Of a stretch of DNA of 64,000 nucleotides, positions 13,433-24,891 are shown in pieces. Position numbers and translations under genes: made by a program. Under the pieces are notes generated by a model. That model was not told the DNA's origin. It searched no databases and was given only the letters and a program-made list of their open reading frames with translations. Every line of letters begins with the position of its first letter. Position 1 is the stretch's first letter. This stretch comes from Vicugna vicugna (Eukaryota). Where the stretch lies: the NCBI GenBank assembly GCA_013265495.1, contig MU057724.1, positions 1,317,102 through 1,381,101 on the forward strand, in the 5' to 3' direction.

Positions 13433-15516
13433 CTCCTCTTTTTTTAAAGTAGGGATTTTCTTCCCAAGTTCCCTGACTAAAGCTAAATCTAACACATATT
13501 AAGCAAATGAAGGAGCTTAAGCCAGGCTGTGTGGATAGACTGAAACAAGGGGTCATTGTGCAGGACAGAGAGTCGGCTGGGGTCACCGTCTCCCCTGTCC
13601 AAGAGTCCTCGAGAATCAGCCTTGCCTTTCTCTAAGATATCTGTTAATAAATATATTTGCATCCCAATCAGGTAAATTCTGTGGCAAGTAGGATGCTGCT
13701 TGGGACAGTGTTGTCTTCTTAAACCACCCCTGTGCTAGGGTCCTGCTGGTCTGGGGAGTCTACCCCAAATTTACCTTTAAGCCACACCCACCATAGATTT
13801 CTGAATCTAAGAATTCTAGCCTTAGAACATGTGTTCTCATGCCAATAGTCAGAAAAAATTGTGAATGGCAGATGCATTTAAAAAAAATATATTTTACCCT
13901 GAATTCTGGAATCTCTGAATTTTTGGAATATGTTCTTGTTTAAGTCACTTGACCTCTGCAAGCCGTGAAGACAGAGGGATAATGGGCTAATGTCTGCAAG
14001 AGCATTTCGTCATGCGCATGATGTGCTGGGACAGACCTAACACGCCCGTACAGGCACGCACACAAAAGCCCTCAAGAGTGGCAGAGGGTCAGACGTGCCT
14101 GGAAAATAAACTCAGGCCAGTGTGTACACTTCCAATGTGAATGCTGGTCGGTATTTTATAGACATGGAGCCTCCCCGACTGCTTGTTCATCCTGCACCTC
14201 ATCGTAGGCGGCCCCACACGTCTGTGTTACAGAGGGGGGTGTGTGTGTGTGTTTGCGGGTGGGTGTACTGGTGTGTGCGTGGGCGCTGGAGTCTGACCCA
14301 GCCCAGCTTTTCAGCAACAGTCAGCATCAGTGACGGTGGTACATAAACGTATCCGCGAATTTCGTGTTTACAAGAGCTTCAGGCAAATGCGGGCACTGAT
14401 TCTAGGAGACGTGGAAATAAGTGGTAAAGTTGACTTCTGAGCTTCAGCCGGTGACTCCCCAGCACATGTGACCCGAGCCCCTGGGGCCAGCAGCCTCTCG
14501 AATGGGGACACGACCGACATGTCCAAGTCCCCTTTCCCTCCTCAGGAAAGTGAAGAGCTCAGCCGACTTGGATGGACTGCTGTAAAGACTGATCTAGAGA
14601 CCGTATCTGACATTTGCCACTGTGTCTGTTTATTCATAGCAGGGACTCCAGTTTCCCAGGAAAGGAAAGGGAGGAAATTTAAAGTTTTATTTCTTCTTTT
14701 CCCGGATAAGGCAACTGAAATCCCAAAGATAAAAAAATGAATTGACTTACATATATAGGGCATTCACTTGGTTTGATTTTAATTGATTTTTAGTATCTAA
14801 AATATCTTGTTTTATTTTAAATTAATTTTAAAATAATAGTTATACATTTTTTTCAATTACTTTTCTCAGAAGTTGAAAATTTTACTTTTCAGATCATGAG
14901 ATTTACCTCTCATGATTTATGAATATGTGAGCAATAATTTAAAGGCTAGATGACTTGGAAAATAATCTTTCTGGCAGGTATTTAATGACATTTTACTAGA
15001 AAAGTAATTTTAACGTCTTGTTATCTGCCATAGCTATAAAAAATGGAAATACCTTCATGTACTTTACTTTCACCTACTTTTGATGTATTTCTACACAGCA
15101 CAGAAGAGGGGAAGTTACATAATTATTGAGCTAATATCATTTGAAATGCAAGCTGTTTTCCACATTGGCCATATTGGCTGAATAAGATGCAAATACCCTT
15201 TTTGTTCTGGGATGTTTAGAACCAGATTTATAATAAAATTTGAGTAATTTCCCCAACTTTATCTTTTACAAAATCTAATGATGGAGAAATATTCCTAACA
15301 ATATATTAATTTATGTAAAAATTTTCACTACACAACAGGGTTAAGAATGGTATTTGTATAAAAGCGGAAGACGGCACTGTACTATGTTATCACAGTACCA
15401 TTTTTGTGCAGAACTTGGTGTGCATTTAATGTCTCTTTAGAGACTGAATCATTCCTGAGAGTCTCACTGAAAATTAATTGGCAAGATTTAATTTTGTTGG
15501 TATGTTTTCCACTCAG

Positions 15517-15657
15517 TTTATTTTATTTTTTATTTTTTGGCAATGGGAGGTAATTAGGTTTATCTATTTATTTTTTAATGGAAGTACTAGGGACTGGACC
15601 CAGGACCTTGTGCACGCTAAGCATGTGCTCCACCACTGAGCGATACTCAGCCCCCCT
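15517..15657 (-). mobile_element. tRNA-Ala-derived SINE (camelid vic-1-like)
   Basis: Same head (cccaggaccttgtgcacgctaagcatgtgctccaccactgagc) and the shared 'aggtaattaggtttat' tail. Confidence 0.8.
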
Positions 15658-16919
15658 TCCCCTCATTTTAAATTATTAGAATAGTTGCAGAAGAATGAAA
15701 ATCATTATTTGTAGCTGAAGAATCCGTCCTAGGCCTAGTCCTCTCTTTTCATTAAAAAAATCACAATTTCTGTTTGTTTTTAAATAACTCCATGCTTAGA
15801 TCGAGTGATTCCCTGATTTGCCATAAGCTCAAGCAGAAGAAGCAGTGGCAAATGTAAATGTACTAAGTCATGTAGCTCACAGAGTAATTTAAATTTCACA
15901 CAATAATGTGAGCATATTTATCCTTACTTTTCTCATTTTCATTTTTGATCCCACACATGCCATTAACTTGAAGAAAGGCCATAGCTGTTATTCAAACTAT
16001 GACAAGTGTATTTGAAAGAGAGTGCGACAAGCGACTCACTGTGTCACTGAGCACTGGGTGAAGCCACTGCAGCTCAGTGGAGAGAGGAGACCACACGCGG
16101 AAACCTGGCCGTGGGGGTAACTCACCAATTTGGGGGCAGCTTTTCCTGCCTGTAGTCCTGTACATTTTAAGCAAAATAGAAAATTTATGGCTGGCAGTGT
16201 CTACACGCTCAGTAATTATTATAAATACATGGTTTGTCTTGCTTGTCTGTTGCACTTATTTATACCCGCTGACCTTAGAGTGCCTTAGACGACTACGCAC
16301 ATTATTAGCAAACATGTTCGTAACATGTGGCTTCTGGGTCAGGCCGCTTATTAAGCTGGCGTGTGGCCCAGGAAGGACGGTGCTTGGTTATCAGTCTGCA
16401 GAGTGTGCAGGAGACTCGGAGTAAATCTAAAAACCTACAGAGGGTCTTTCTGAAGGAAAAGTAGTAAATGAGAAAAATGCACGAAGGTATGCTCAAGACA
16501 CGCTGGCTGTCACTGTGTCAGCACTGCTGGATCATGCGTTCCAATCAGCATAAAGAATCCCGAGACGGTGTGTCTGCAGGGGCCACATCACAGCCTGACA
16601 GAAGGTGAGGTGTGCAGGCAGCAAGTTAAAGTCGCAGTGCGTGGGGAGCCACATATGTTTACTTTTTTGAGTATTGACATTAACGGCAGACATTTCTAAT
16701 GTGGAGACCACTCTGTGCCAGAAACCATGCCTTCTCCGGCCAGCTCGTCCCGGAAACGGGAGAGCTGAGGTCGCCCCCGGCCGCATCTGAGGCTGGGCGC
16801 CTTCACTGTGGCCCCACGGCGAGGACACCAGACAGAGACAGGAGGACAGCAGTGTCTTGGACGACTGTTTTCTCTTTTTTTCTGCTTTAAGCACAGATTT
16901 CTGCTAATGTCTCTGCCTT

Positions 16920-17381
16920 TGTTTCTTTTTTATTTATTTACTGTTTTTTTATTTATTAAATTATTTATTAAAATAACAATGCTGTGTTACTTTCTGGTGC
17001 ACAGCACAGTGAGTTGGTCATACATATATATGTATCTTTTCATATTCGTTTTCATTATAGGCCATTACAAGTTACTGAATATATTTGTCTGTGCTGTACA
17101 GCAGGATGTTGTTGTTTATCTATTTTATGTATAATAGTTGCATTTGCAAATCCTGAACTCCTAACTTATCCCTTCCCATACTCTTTCCCCCCTGGGAACC
17201 ATAAGTTTTTTTTCTTTTTCTGTCTGTGAGTCTGTCTGTTTTGTAAATAAGTTCGTGTCTTTTTTTTTTAGATTACACATATAAGTGATATCATATGGTA
17301 TTTTTCTTTCTCTTTCTGGCTTACTTCACTTAGAAAGCTGCAAATGGCATTATTTTCTTTTTCATGACTGAGTAGTATTCC
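16920..17381 (-). mobile_element. L1 3' end (artiodactyl-type), 5'-truncated
   Basis: T-rich antisense tail, then 'tgtgctgtacag', 'catataagtgatatcatatggtattt', 'gctgcaaatggcattatt'. Confidence 0.85.
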
Positions 17382-17599
17382 TACCTAAGTTTCCATCAGC
17401 TGGTAACTGGATGACTATTTTCGAAGCAGATCGTTGAAATGTCTCAGCTATAGCCACATTTCACTGAACCTCTGAGCGTGGACCCCAGCCTGCTGCCCTT
17501 CTGACCTCCCACCTCACTGGCCCTGCTCCCTTCAAGTCAGGGTCTGTCCTGCTCCTCCCGCCCTCAAGCACTGCCCTCCATGGTCTTCACAGCAGGTGC

Positions 17600-17900
17600 A
17601 TTTCTAGCAGGGGCACCTGGGCTCATCCAGGCTGGGCCGACGGCCCTCACAAGTGTCTCTCAGTCCATGAGGACCCTCTGGTCTCTTCCTAGAACAAGGC
17701 TTTCTCCTCTCCACTGTCTCTCCAGAATGATGTGTTACTCCTTGTGTTTCCTTAGCACTTTACCTCTATAGCACTGTCTGAGAGATGTTTATTATTTTTA
17801 TGTATTTGTCTCCGTCTTTGAACCGTGAGGCCTGAACTCCCAGATGACTGTAGGGTGCAGTGGCAGTCTGCCCACGAGAAGCGGCTATTAATTCGGTAAC
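17600..17900 (+). mobile_element. L2 3' remnant
   Basis: 'cttagcactttacc...tgtttattattttatgtatttgtctcc...gtgagg' resembles a degenerate L2 3' end. Confidence 0.4.
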
Positions 17901-19339
17901 TAGCAGCTACTGGTGGTCAGAGGTGTTTCAGTCCTATCTGCAGAGATGACAGAGGCTCTGCCTCCGAGAGCTTGGGTCGTGTCACAGAAGATGCTAAATC
18001 AGGTTTTAAAGGAGTGAGAGAGCTAATAACTTGCCAAGAAAACAGGAAATCGGAGATGAAGTTCCTTTAAGATCTATGACAATGTGCAATTTTGTGAGAA
18101 GGAAAAACAGTAACACTTTTCTGGGAGTTAATGACACAGATTGTTTTACATTAACAATTTTATCTGACAAGGAACATTAAAGCCAATTTAATAAACCATA
18201 GCATTTTCTCAAGGACATCTCCCTGACCTCCCAACCCATTGTGGGATAAACCATATTCTTACTTTTTACAGGGATCTCCGCTGACAGATGGACTTGTCTA
18301 GTTATTTATTCAGTGTCTGTCATTGTCACTCTCCCTGGATATTGTAAGCTCCAGATTACTAGAAAGGACTGCACGGTCTGCTTACTTGGACTGCGTTTTC
18401 AAAGATATGATGCTTTCGTGTTTTCCCTTAAGATAGAATCGGAAAATCCATCACTACAGAGAGAACGCATCTTTCTTTAAGCTTCCAGAACATCAACAGG
18501 CAGCAGGTGTCAAGGGAAACTCTGGAGCCCAGGAAAGGGTGCCTTTCATTAGCTCTTCTCTAGTCATTTTAAACATAAATGGAAAAAATAAGGACAATTG
18601 GAATTCTTTGTAAAATTGCCATTATTTTGAAAACACCTGCCAAAGCAGAGAATTCCTTCTAGCATTTTGGGTGTTTAATACCTTTATATACCTCTCTATA
18701 AAAAATGGTTAGAGCCATCAGTGACTGGCAGTTCTCAGTATACGGCACATGCAATTCAAAGGCTCTGTGTGACATACCGCGTGGAATTGGCTTGTGGCAT
18801 CAATTCTTAGCTGCATTATTTCCCCCTTTTAACATCTCTGAGATGGCTGTACAGGCAGATGTGTGAACGCATCAGTGGGAAACTTCTAGTAAGACCAAGA
18901 AATTGCTATATTGGTCTTTCTAACTCAGTGAGATACGGTTCCATAAATAAGGTAAATGTGTGTTTTTTTTTAAAGCAGTAAAATTTCTGAGACATCGTAG
19001 ATTCATTTTTTTCGTGTCTCAGGTAGAATAGTATTTCCATGATACTTCGAGGGCTATAGAAATCAACTTAGCTAAAAATGCCATGCTTCGAAAGCTCTCT
19101 AACATTTGCAGATACATTATTAAGTATTGTTTAGTTTCATCATCTTCATCTTTCTCTGAGGAGGAAGGGCGACTGGGTGCCATCCATCTGTCCAGGAAGA
19201 GGCTGAATCTCACGCACTCTTGGTAGTTCCCTTGCTCGTAAGAGCTGAGGCCAGAAACCCTGACGTCTAGCTTACGGACGTGCGCCAGGGTCAGTCCGAG
19301 ACTTTGCGGGCTAGAAACGGGCTGCCGTGGCCATCTCAG

Positions 19340-20300
19340 CAAAGGCTTGGTGACGTCAGAGAGAGGGGGCGTCACGACGGGGCTCCCCGCGCCCCGCGCC
19401 GCGCGGTTGGGGTGCAGCCGGCTCGGCCGGAGGGCAGGTGAGTGCAGCCCGTGTAACTCCAGGCTTCCACCAGGACAGCGACCTGCTGGACCGGCGGAAA
19501 CACTGCTTCAGCGTGCAGTCCGAGTCCGGGGAGGACCTCTACTTCTCCGTGGAGCTGGAGTCCGACCTGGCCCAGTGGGAACGAGCCTTCCAGACAGCGG
19601 CCTTCCTGGAGGTGGAGCGCATCCAGGTGAGCGTCTGGCGTCCAGGGTGTGGGCCCCACGTGCGTGGGCGCGGCCCTCGAGCGCAGCGGCGGGGCTCGGG
19701 CCTGTGAGCGTCCCGGACTCGCCCAGCGGCCCTGGGACACCTCTCCTACGGCCGACCTCTCCGCGCCGCTGGCCGCCGCGCACCGCGAACCTATTCCTCA
19801 TTTTAACTGGAGTCTGCTCTACCCTGAATCTGAAGCAGGCGGCGTCCTGTTCGCCGGCCCCGCTCCCCCGGTCTCCGGCCCGCGGGGCTTCGTCCCCTCC
19901 CGGGGCCCTTTGCGCCGGAAGCCTCCCCGGTCTCCGGCCTTCGGAAGCGCGCGGTCCGGCTCTTTGGTCGCAGCCCCGCCGGCCCCGTCTGCGCGCCCCC
20001 CGCGCCCCCCGCGCACCGCCCGCCGCCGGGGGGCCCTGCTCCCCCTCCGTGTTCGGGGGCCCCGCCCGGGGGCGTCCCGCGCGGGGCGGAGGTTCCGGGG
20101 TGACCTGCTGCGCCTGCCGACCGCGGCCCAGGGCCTGTCGTCCCTCACGGGCTTCGGCAGGTTTTGTGACGCCTCGTTCCTGACGTGCGAAGTTTTCTCG
20201 CTCAGACGTCAAGGCCTCCGGCCTCCGCGCTGGACGAGGGCTCCTGGGACGCCCGCGCCGGGCCGGGGGTGCGTGGCCTTCAGTGGCGCTGACCTGATCG
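19340..20300. promoter_or_regulatory. Intragenic CpG island overlapping SNTG1 exon 19474-19626
   Basis: About 950 bp of very high GC and CpG density. Full CRE TGACGTCA at 19351-19358 and further TGACG half-sites. Confidence 0.8.
19474..19626 (+). CDS. SNTG1: Gamma-1-syntrophin coding exon: DSDLLDRRKHCFSVQSESGEDLYFSVELESDLAQWERAFQTAAFLEVERIQ
   Basis: Acceptor cttccaccag| and donor |gtgagc; 153 nt, phase 0/0. Lies within ORF 19438..19707 and contains the PH-domain C-terminal helix Trp (AQWERAF). Confidence 0.95.
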
Positions 20301-23300
20301 GTGACATGACTCCTTCCTTCCCTTCCGGCTGCAAACTTCCATATTCAGCCCGTGAGTCACACCGCTGTGGCGTGGCAGTCGGGGGGCGACGAGGAGAGAC
20401 TCGTGTCCCTTTTCCCGTCGCTCAGCTCACGCTTTCCTATAGTCCTGCTGCCCTGCGTGTATCCAGCAATGTGACTGAGAAACGTTGTTTCCATAGTTCA
20501 GCTGTATAGAGCCTCAGTTCAGTAGATAGATACTTTAATATCAAAAGCGGAAAGGTGAAAAATGTCTTCAGCGTTACTTGGTTCCCAGTGTCCACATCTA
20601 AGTCCGTTTCAGAGCGTTGCACAGCGTTGTACAGGAGTTGACGTTTTTGTGACTTATGATAATCTCAGGTGTTCCTAATTACCATTCTTCTGGCCTGTCA
20701 CATCACTTGGAAACAAACACATGGCGATTTCCACCTGCTGGCTTCAATTTCAGATTTCAAGTCTCCGGGTACTTAGAAATGAGATAGAGATAAAATCATG
20801 CTGTTCCATTTGTATTTTACTGCTGTTCATTGTCTTTTTTTTTTTTTTAATCTGAACCTCACGGTCTCTAAGCTGACGTCCTGAGCAATGCACTTTTTTG
20901 CATTAGCACCTTACATATTTACACTGTGGATTTAAGGTGCATATAGTTAAGTGGAAACTGAAATATTTAATGCCTTTTCAGTTTCTGGTTGTTTTATGGA
21001 TTTCATAATTTCCCTTCGTTTACTCTACCAGGAATCAGTAGTCAATGACTGAACACTGCGGTTCTATTTCAAAACTCAAGGACGTGAATATATTTACATG
21101 AAGAACCTCGTGTGGTTTCCTTCTATGTTCTCAGTATTTCCAATACCATTCAAGTTGATAAAGAAAGAAAATAAAGGAGGACACATGTCCTATTGCGAAA
21201 TAGGCATCCAGGCAGAAAATTAGCAAATTGACAAATACAGTAAGAGTTAATCAGTTCAATTATTTTTATTTTGAAATTGGTTTTCCTTAACCGTACAGCG
21301 TTTACTTAACATTTTCTAGCTTCTAATCTATTCCTTTATCTATTAACGTATTTTCTAATCTCTAATGTACTTAATATTGATATAAATATCAACATATTTA
21401 TCTAGGAGGTAATCCATTGAAAACAGGTATTTCTGAACATCCTACATTGTCATTTAAATTACCTCAAAATTTGGAAAATGCAATGAACATTGAAACAGAA
21501 GTATGACAACTGATATGAACTAAATCTTACCTTCCCCGAGTGTGCAAAGTACGGTTACTAGGCTGAATTCACTTACTGCACTTTTAGCACCTGTATTTAT
21601 CTCACTTCTGAGCAGTCTTCCCAGAGAAAGTGAATGATACTGGTAAGGGACAGAGAGTTGTTTTTGACTTTACACTAATTTAATCTGAATTAACACTGCC
21701 CTTTGAAAATAAGACTTTTAATGAAAAAGTATATCACTTTCAAAAACTCATTTCCTTTCACTGTTATTATTTCAAACTGTTCCATTGTGTTTTATCCAGC
21801 TACAGACATTTAGCTGTCATACAAAAGAGTATATTAAAATTTATTTTATGTGTGACATATCTTCAAATAGTATATGATTGCACAAAAATATTTCAAAGTG
21901 TTTCTAGTTTGAATTTCCCCAGAAGGGTAATTTTTTGCTCTTTTCTAACTATAATTCAAAATAAACGTAGATATTAAGCCATAAATCAAATATTTTAATA
22001 TTAAAACATACATCAAGTATACTCGTATTACATGTCTATTAAGACTATAAATCATGGAATCAAACTTCAGTGGGTCTCAATTTATATCATATCTATTTCA
22101 GTTTAATGGAATAGATGAATAGAATTTATTAAAACATTTAATAAAACATTTAATTTGTAATTCTGAACTTAACGAGATCAATTTTAATGTTCTATACTGA
22201 AGGTGTTTCCACCTGATGTATTTTTTCAATAGTGTTACTTGAAAATAGCAAATGATTATGTCTAAATTGGAGAAAATGAGATAGCCTTGGACATTCCTCA
22301 GGTTGGTAGTAGCTTTAATGAAGTGGTAGTGGGTGGATGTGCACGTGGAAAGTGCTCGTGTATTAAACAAATAAAATTACACCCAAAATGAACTTACAAG
22401 GACCATTAAGTTTGCTTTCTAATCTGTTTTTTGTTTTTTTTGGAAAACTTAACTCCAAATGAATAATCTGGCATGGTTATAACATTACTACGCGAATTGG
22501 GCTTAAGCACATGAATACAGCTTTTTGGTGATGGCAAAAGCATTGATGCGTTTAGGCATCGTTATAGTCAGAGTGAGGTTCACTTAATGTCCTTTCATAA
22601 ACAGCATTATAAAAACAGATAGGATGTAAGCATCGGTACTGAACATTCGCTTAAGATGGTTTCTCTCTCCCTCTTCCTCCCTCTCCTTGTGTGTGAATTA
22701 CAAGCATTTTTCTTCATTTTAACATCCCATTCTGGTTTGCAATTCAATGCAAATAAAACTGGCTTATGGACATAAAAATGCATTATGTTTCCTGTAAGCT
22801 CCAAGTTTGTTTTTCAGATCTGTTATTCTTATACTTTGCTATCTATATTTGATTAGTCTTTCCAAAGTATTCATATAAGTGAAGTTATAATTTAAATTGA
22901 CCTCAGTGTGAATAATCATCAATTCTTGTTTTGGAGAATCAGTAGGTTTGCACAGATAATAGGCAAGAGTCAGTGTCTTTAGGATGTAATGTGCACAGTG
23001 TGGATGAATACACAGAGACTCTCAAGGTCACGAGGTTTCTTGTATTTTTTGCCTTGGGTATTAAATCTGTTTGTGGGCCTGGAGCTGTCTTTTTAATAAT
23101 AGTGATGAAATTGATGTGCCAAGAATTTAGGTAAGACCTTAATCTTTAATAATTTACTTTGAGTTTAATGAAAATGCTGTGATCTTGAGCTACAGAATCT
23201 AACAACAAAATCTTGCCTATACCTGAAAATGTGTGTACAGTTTTACTGCCAGTGTAACCAAGGGCAGAAATGGGGCACAAGGCAGAGACGAGGTCAGATG

Positions 23301-23538
23301 GAGCAGAACTAGAAACAGCCCACGTCCCCCACCCGGGCAGGGCCACAGGCACTCAGCTTGTGTCTGTCAACTCTGGGATGTTGGGAACACCAGCTTCCTT
23401 AGACAGTCATGGCTGAAACGAAGGTGGCATTGCATAAGGAGCATTTCACAGGAGCGGTCACACTGTCGATAGGCGTTGGCTGTTCAGCCTGCCGTTGGGT
23501 CCATCTGACGGGAAGTAACAGTCTTCTGTTCTGTCCAG

Positions 23539-23631
23539 TGCAAGACGTACGCGTGTGTGCTGGACGGTCACCTGATGGGGCTCACCATCGACTTCAGCTC
23601 CGGCTTCATCTGCTTTGACGCGGCCACCAAG
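23539..23631 (+). CDS. SNTG1: Gamma-1-syntrophin coding exon: CKTYACVLDGHLMGLTIDFSSGFICFDAATK
   Basis: Acceptor cttctgttctgtccag| and donor |gtactg; 93 nt, phase 0/0. Confidence 0.95.
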
Positions 23632-24805
23632 GTACTGTGTTCCGTCATCTCTTAACCTAGAATGATCGAAATCACTAATCCAGTCAGCACACTCAGTGGT
23701 CCTCAGGGGTCGGGTTTTAGGTCCACAGTTCTATTGATAGAAGATAAATTAAGCTTTAATCTATTTATAGAAAACTAAAAGTTTGAAGTTTAATAAAATC
23801 AATATGGTGCCACATTATAACTACATTATAACTACATGCAGTACATACGTGTATATGTGGTTACATACATACATATATATGTCTCTACATTTTATATATA
23901 TATTCTCTTTTATTAAAGGTATGGCCTCATAATGAAGGGAAATTTTCTTCTCTCAAAACAGTTTTTTAAAACAAAGTGTTCCTTTATTATTTTTCTGAGT
24001 CAGTCTCCAATATCAAAATGAGGAACCATATTTGTTTAGTTCTACGGGTAACACGTCAGGATCACAGGATGCCCCGTTGAGCGTTTGGCGTTCCAAGCCA
24101 GGGAGGGTAGCCCTTGTGAACACCTGGCTCAGTGAGGTCTGTGCTGTCTGACTGGTGCCTCTTCCACAAAGCCTGTGTCCCCGGGAGTGATGTGCACCGA
24201 ATGATGAAGGGGGCCTCTCAGCCAGCCGTATCTAAAGGGTCTTGAAGCCCCCCTACCCACCGTCAGTCCCCTTCCGGGGCCAGAGACACTGCCGCAGCTC
24301 CTGACTCAGGGCTGAGGCCCCCAGGAAGACGCCCTCCTCCCCTCAGAGGACCTCGGCTCCTCAGACCCGTCTTCTCCTTAATGGACTAACAGATTCCATG
24401 TGGCTACTGAAGGATGAGTCATCCCTTATGGGGCACTTACACGGCACCAGGAAACTAAGCCTTGTACAGGGTTCTCAAAAGCAAACGCACACAGAACGAG
24501 AGCGGTATACATGTGTGGGGAGGACAGCGTGCGGGGCGTGGGAGTGTGCGTCCTGGGAGACGGCGTCCAATGAGGGGGCCCAGCTGGTCCCCCAGCTGGA
24601 CGTGGGCTGGGGTTCGGAGCTCTTACGACTTTTCATGGCCCAGCAATTGAGACTGTCACACAAAATCTCACATTATGTGAGGGTGGCCAATGTTTCTTTA
24701 TATTTTGACTTCGGGAAGTTAAATAGCACACACTCGGGTCAGATTTGATCACGCAAGGCGTTGCCTTTGTGTGATGCCAAAATAACACTTTTCTTTCTCC
24801 TTTAA

Positions 24806-24891
24806 CTTTTTTTTTTTGATGGAGGTGCTGGGGATTGAACCCAGCTCGTGCGTGCTAAGCATGTGCTCTACCACTGAGCTACACCCTCCCC
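24806..24891 (-). mobile_element. tRNA-Ala-derived SINE (camelid vic-1-like), well preserved
   Basis: The reverse complement GGGGAGGGTGTAGCTCAGTGGTAGAGCACATGCTTAGCACGCACGAGCTGGGTTCAATCCCCAGCACCTCCA is followed by an A tail; A and B boxes are recognisable. Confidence 0.85.

Noticed and set aside
19347..20509. Long overlapping ORFs (278, 234 and 286 aa)
   Set aside because: Low-complexity Pro/Arg/Gly/Ala products of a stop-poor CpG island. Only 19474-19626 is a real exon.
24820..24891. tRNA-Ala(AGC) gene on the minus strand
   Set aside because: It has an altered 5' end, a shortened variable region and an A-rich tail, and four diverged siblings occur in the window. It is a SINE, not a functional tRNA.
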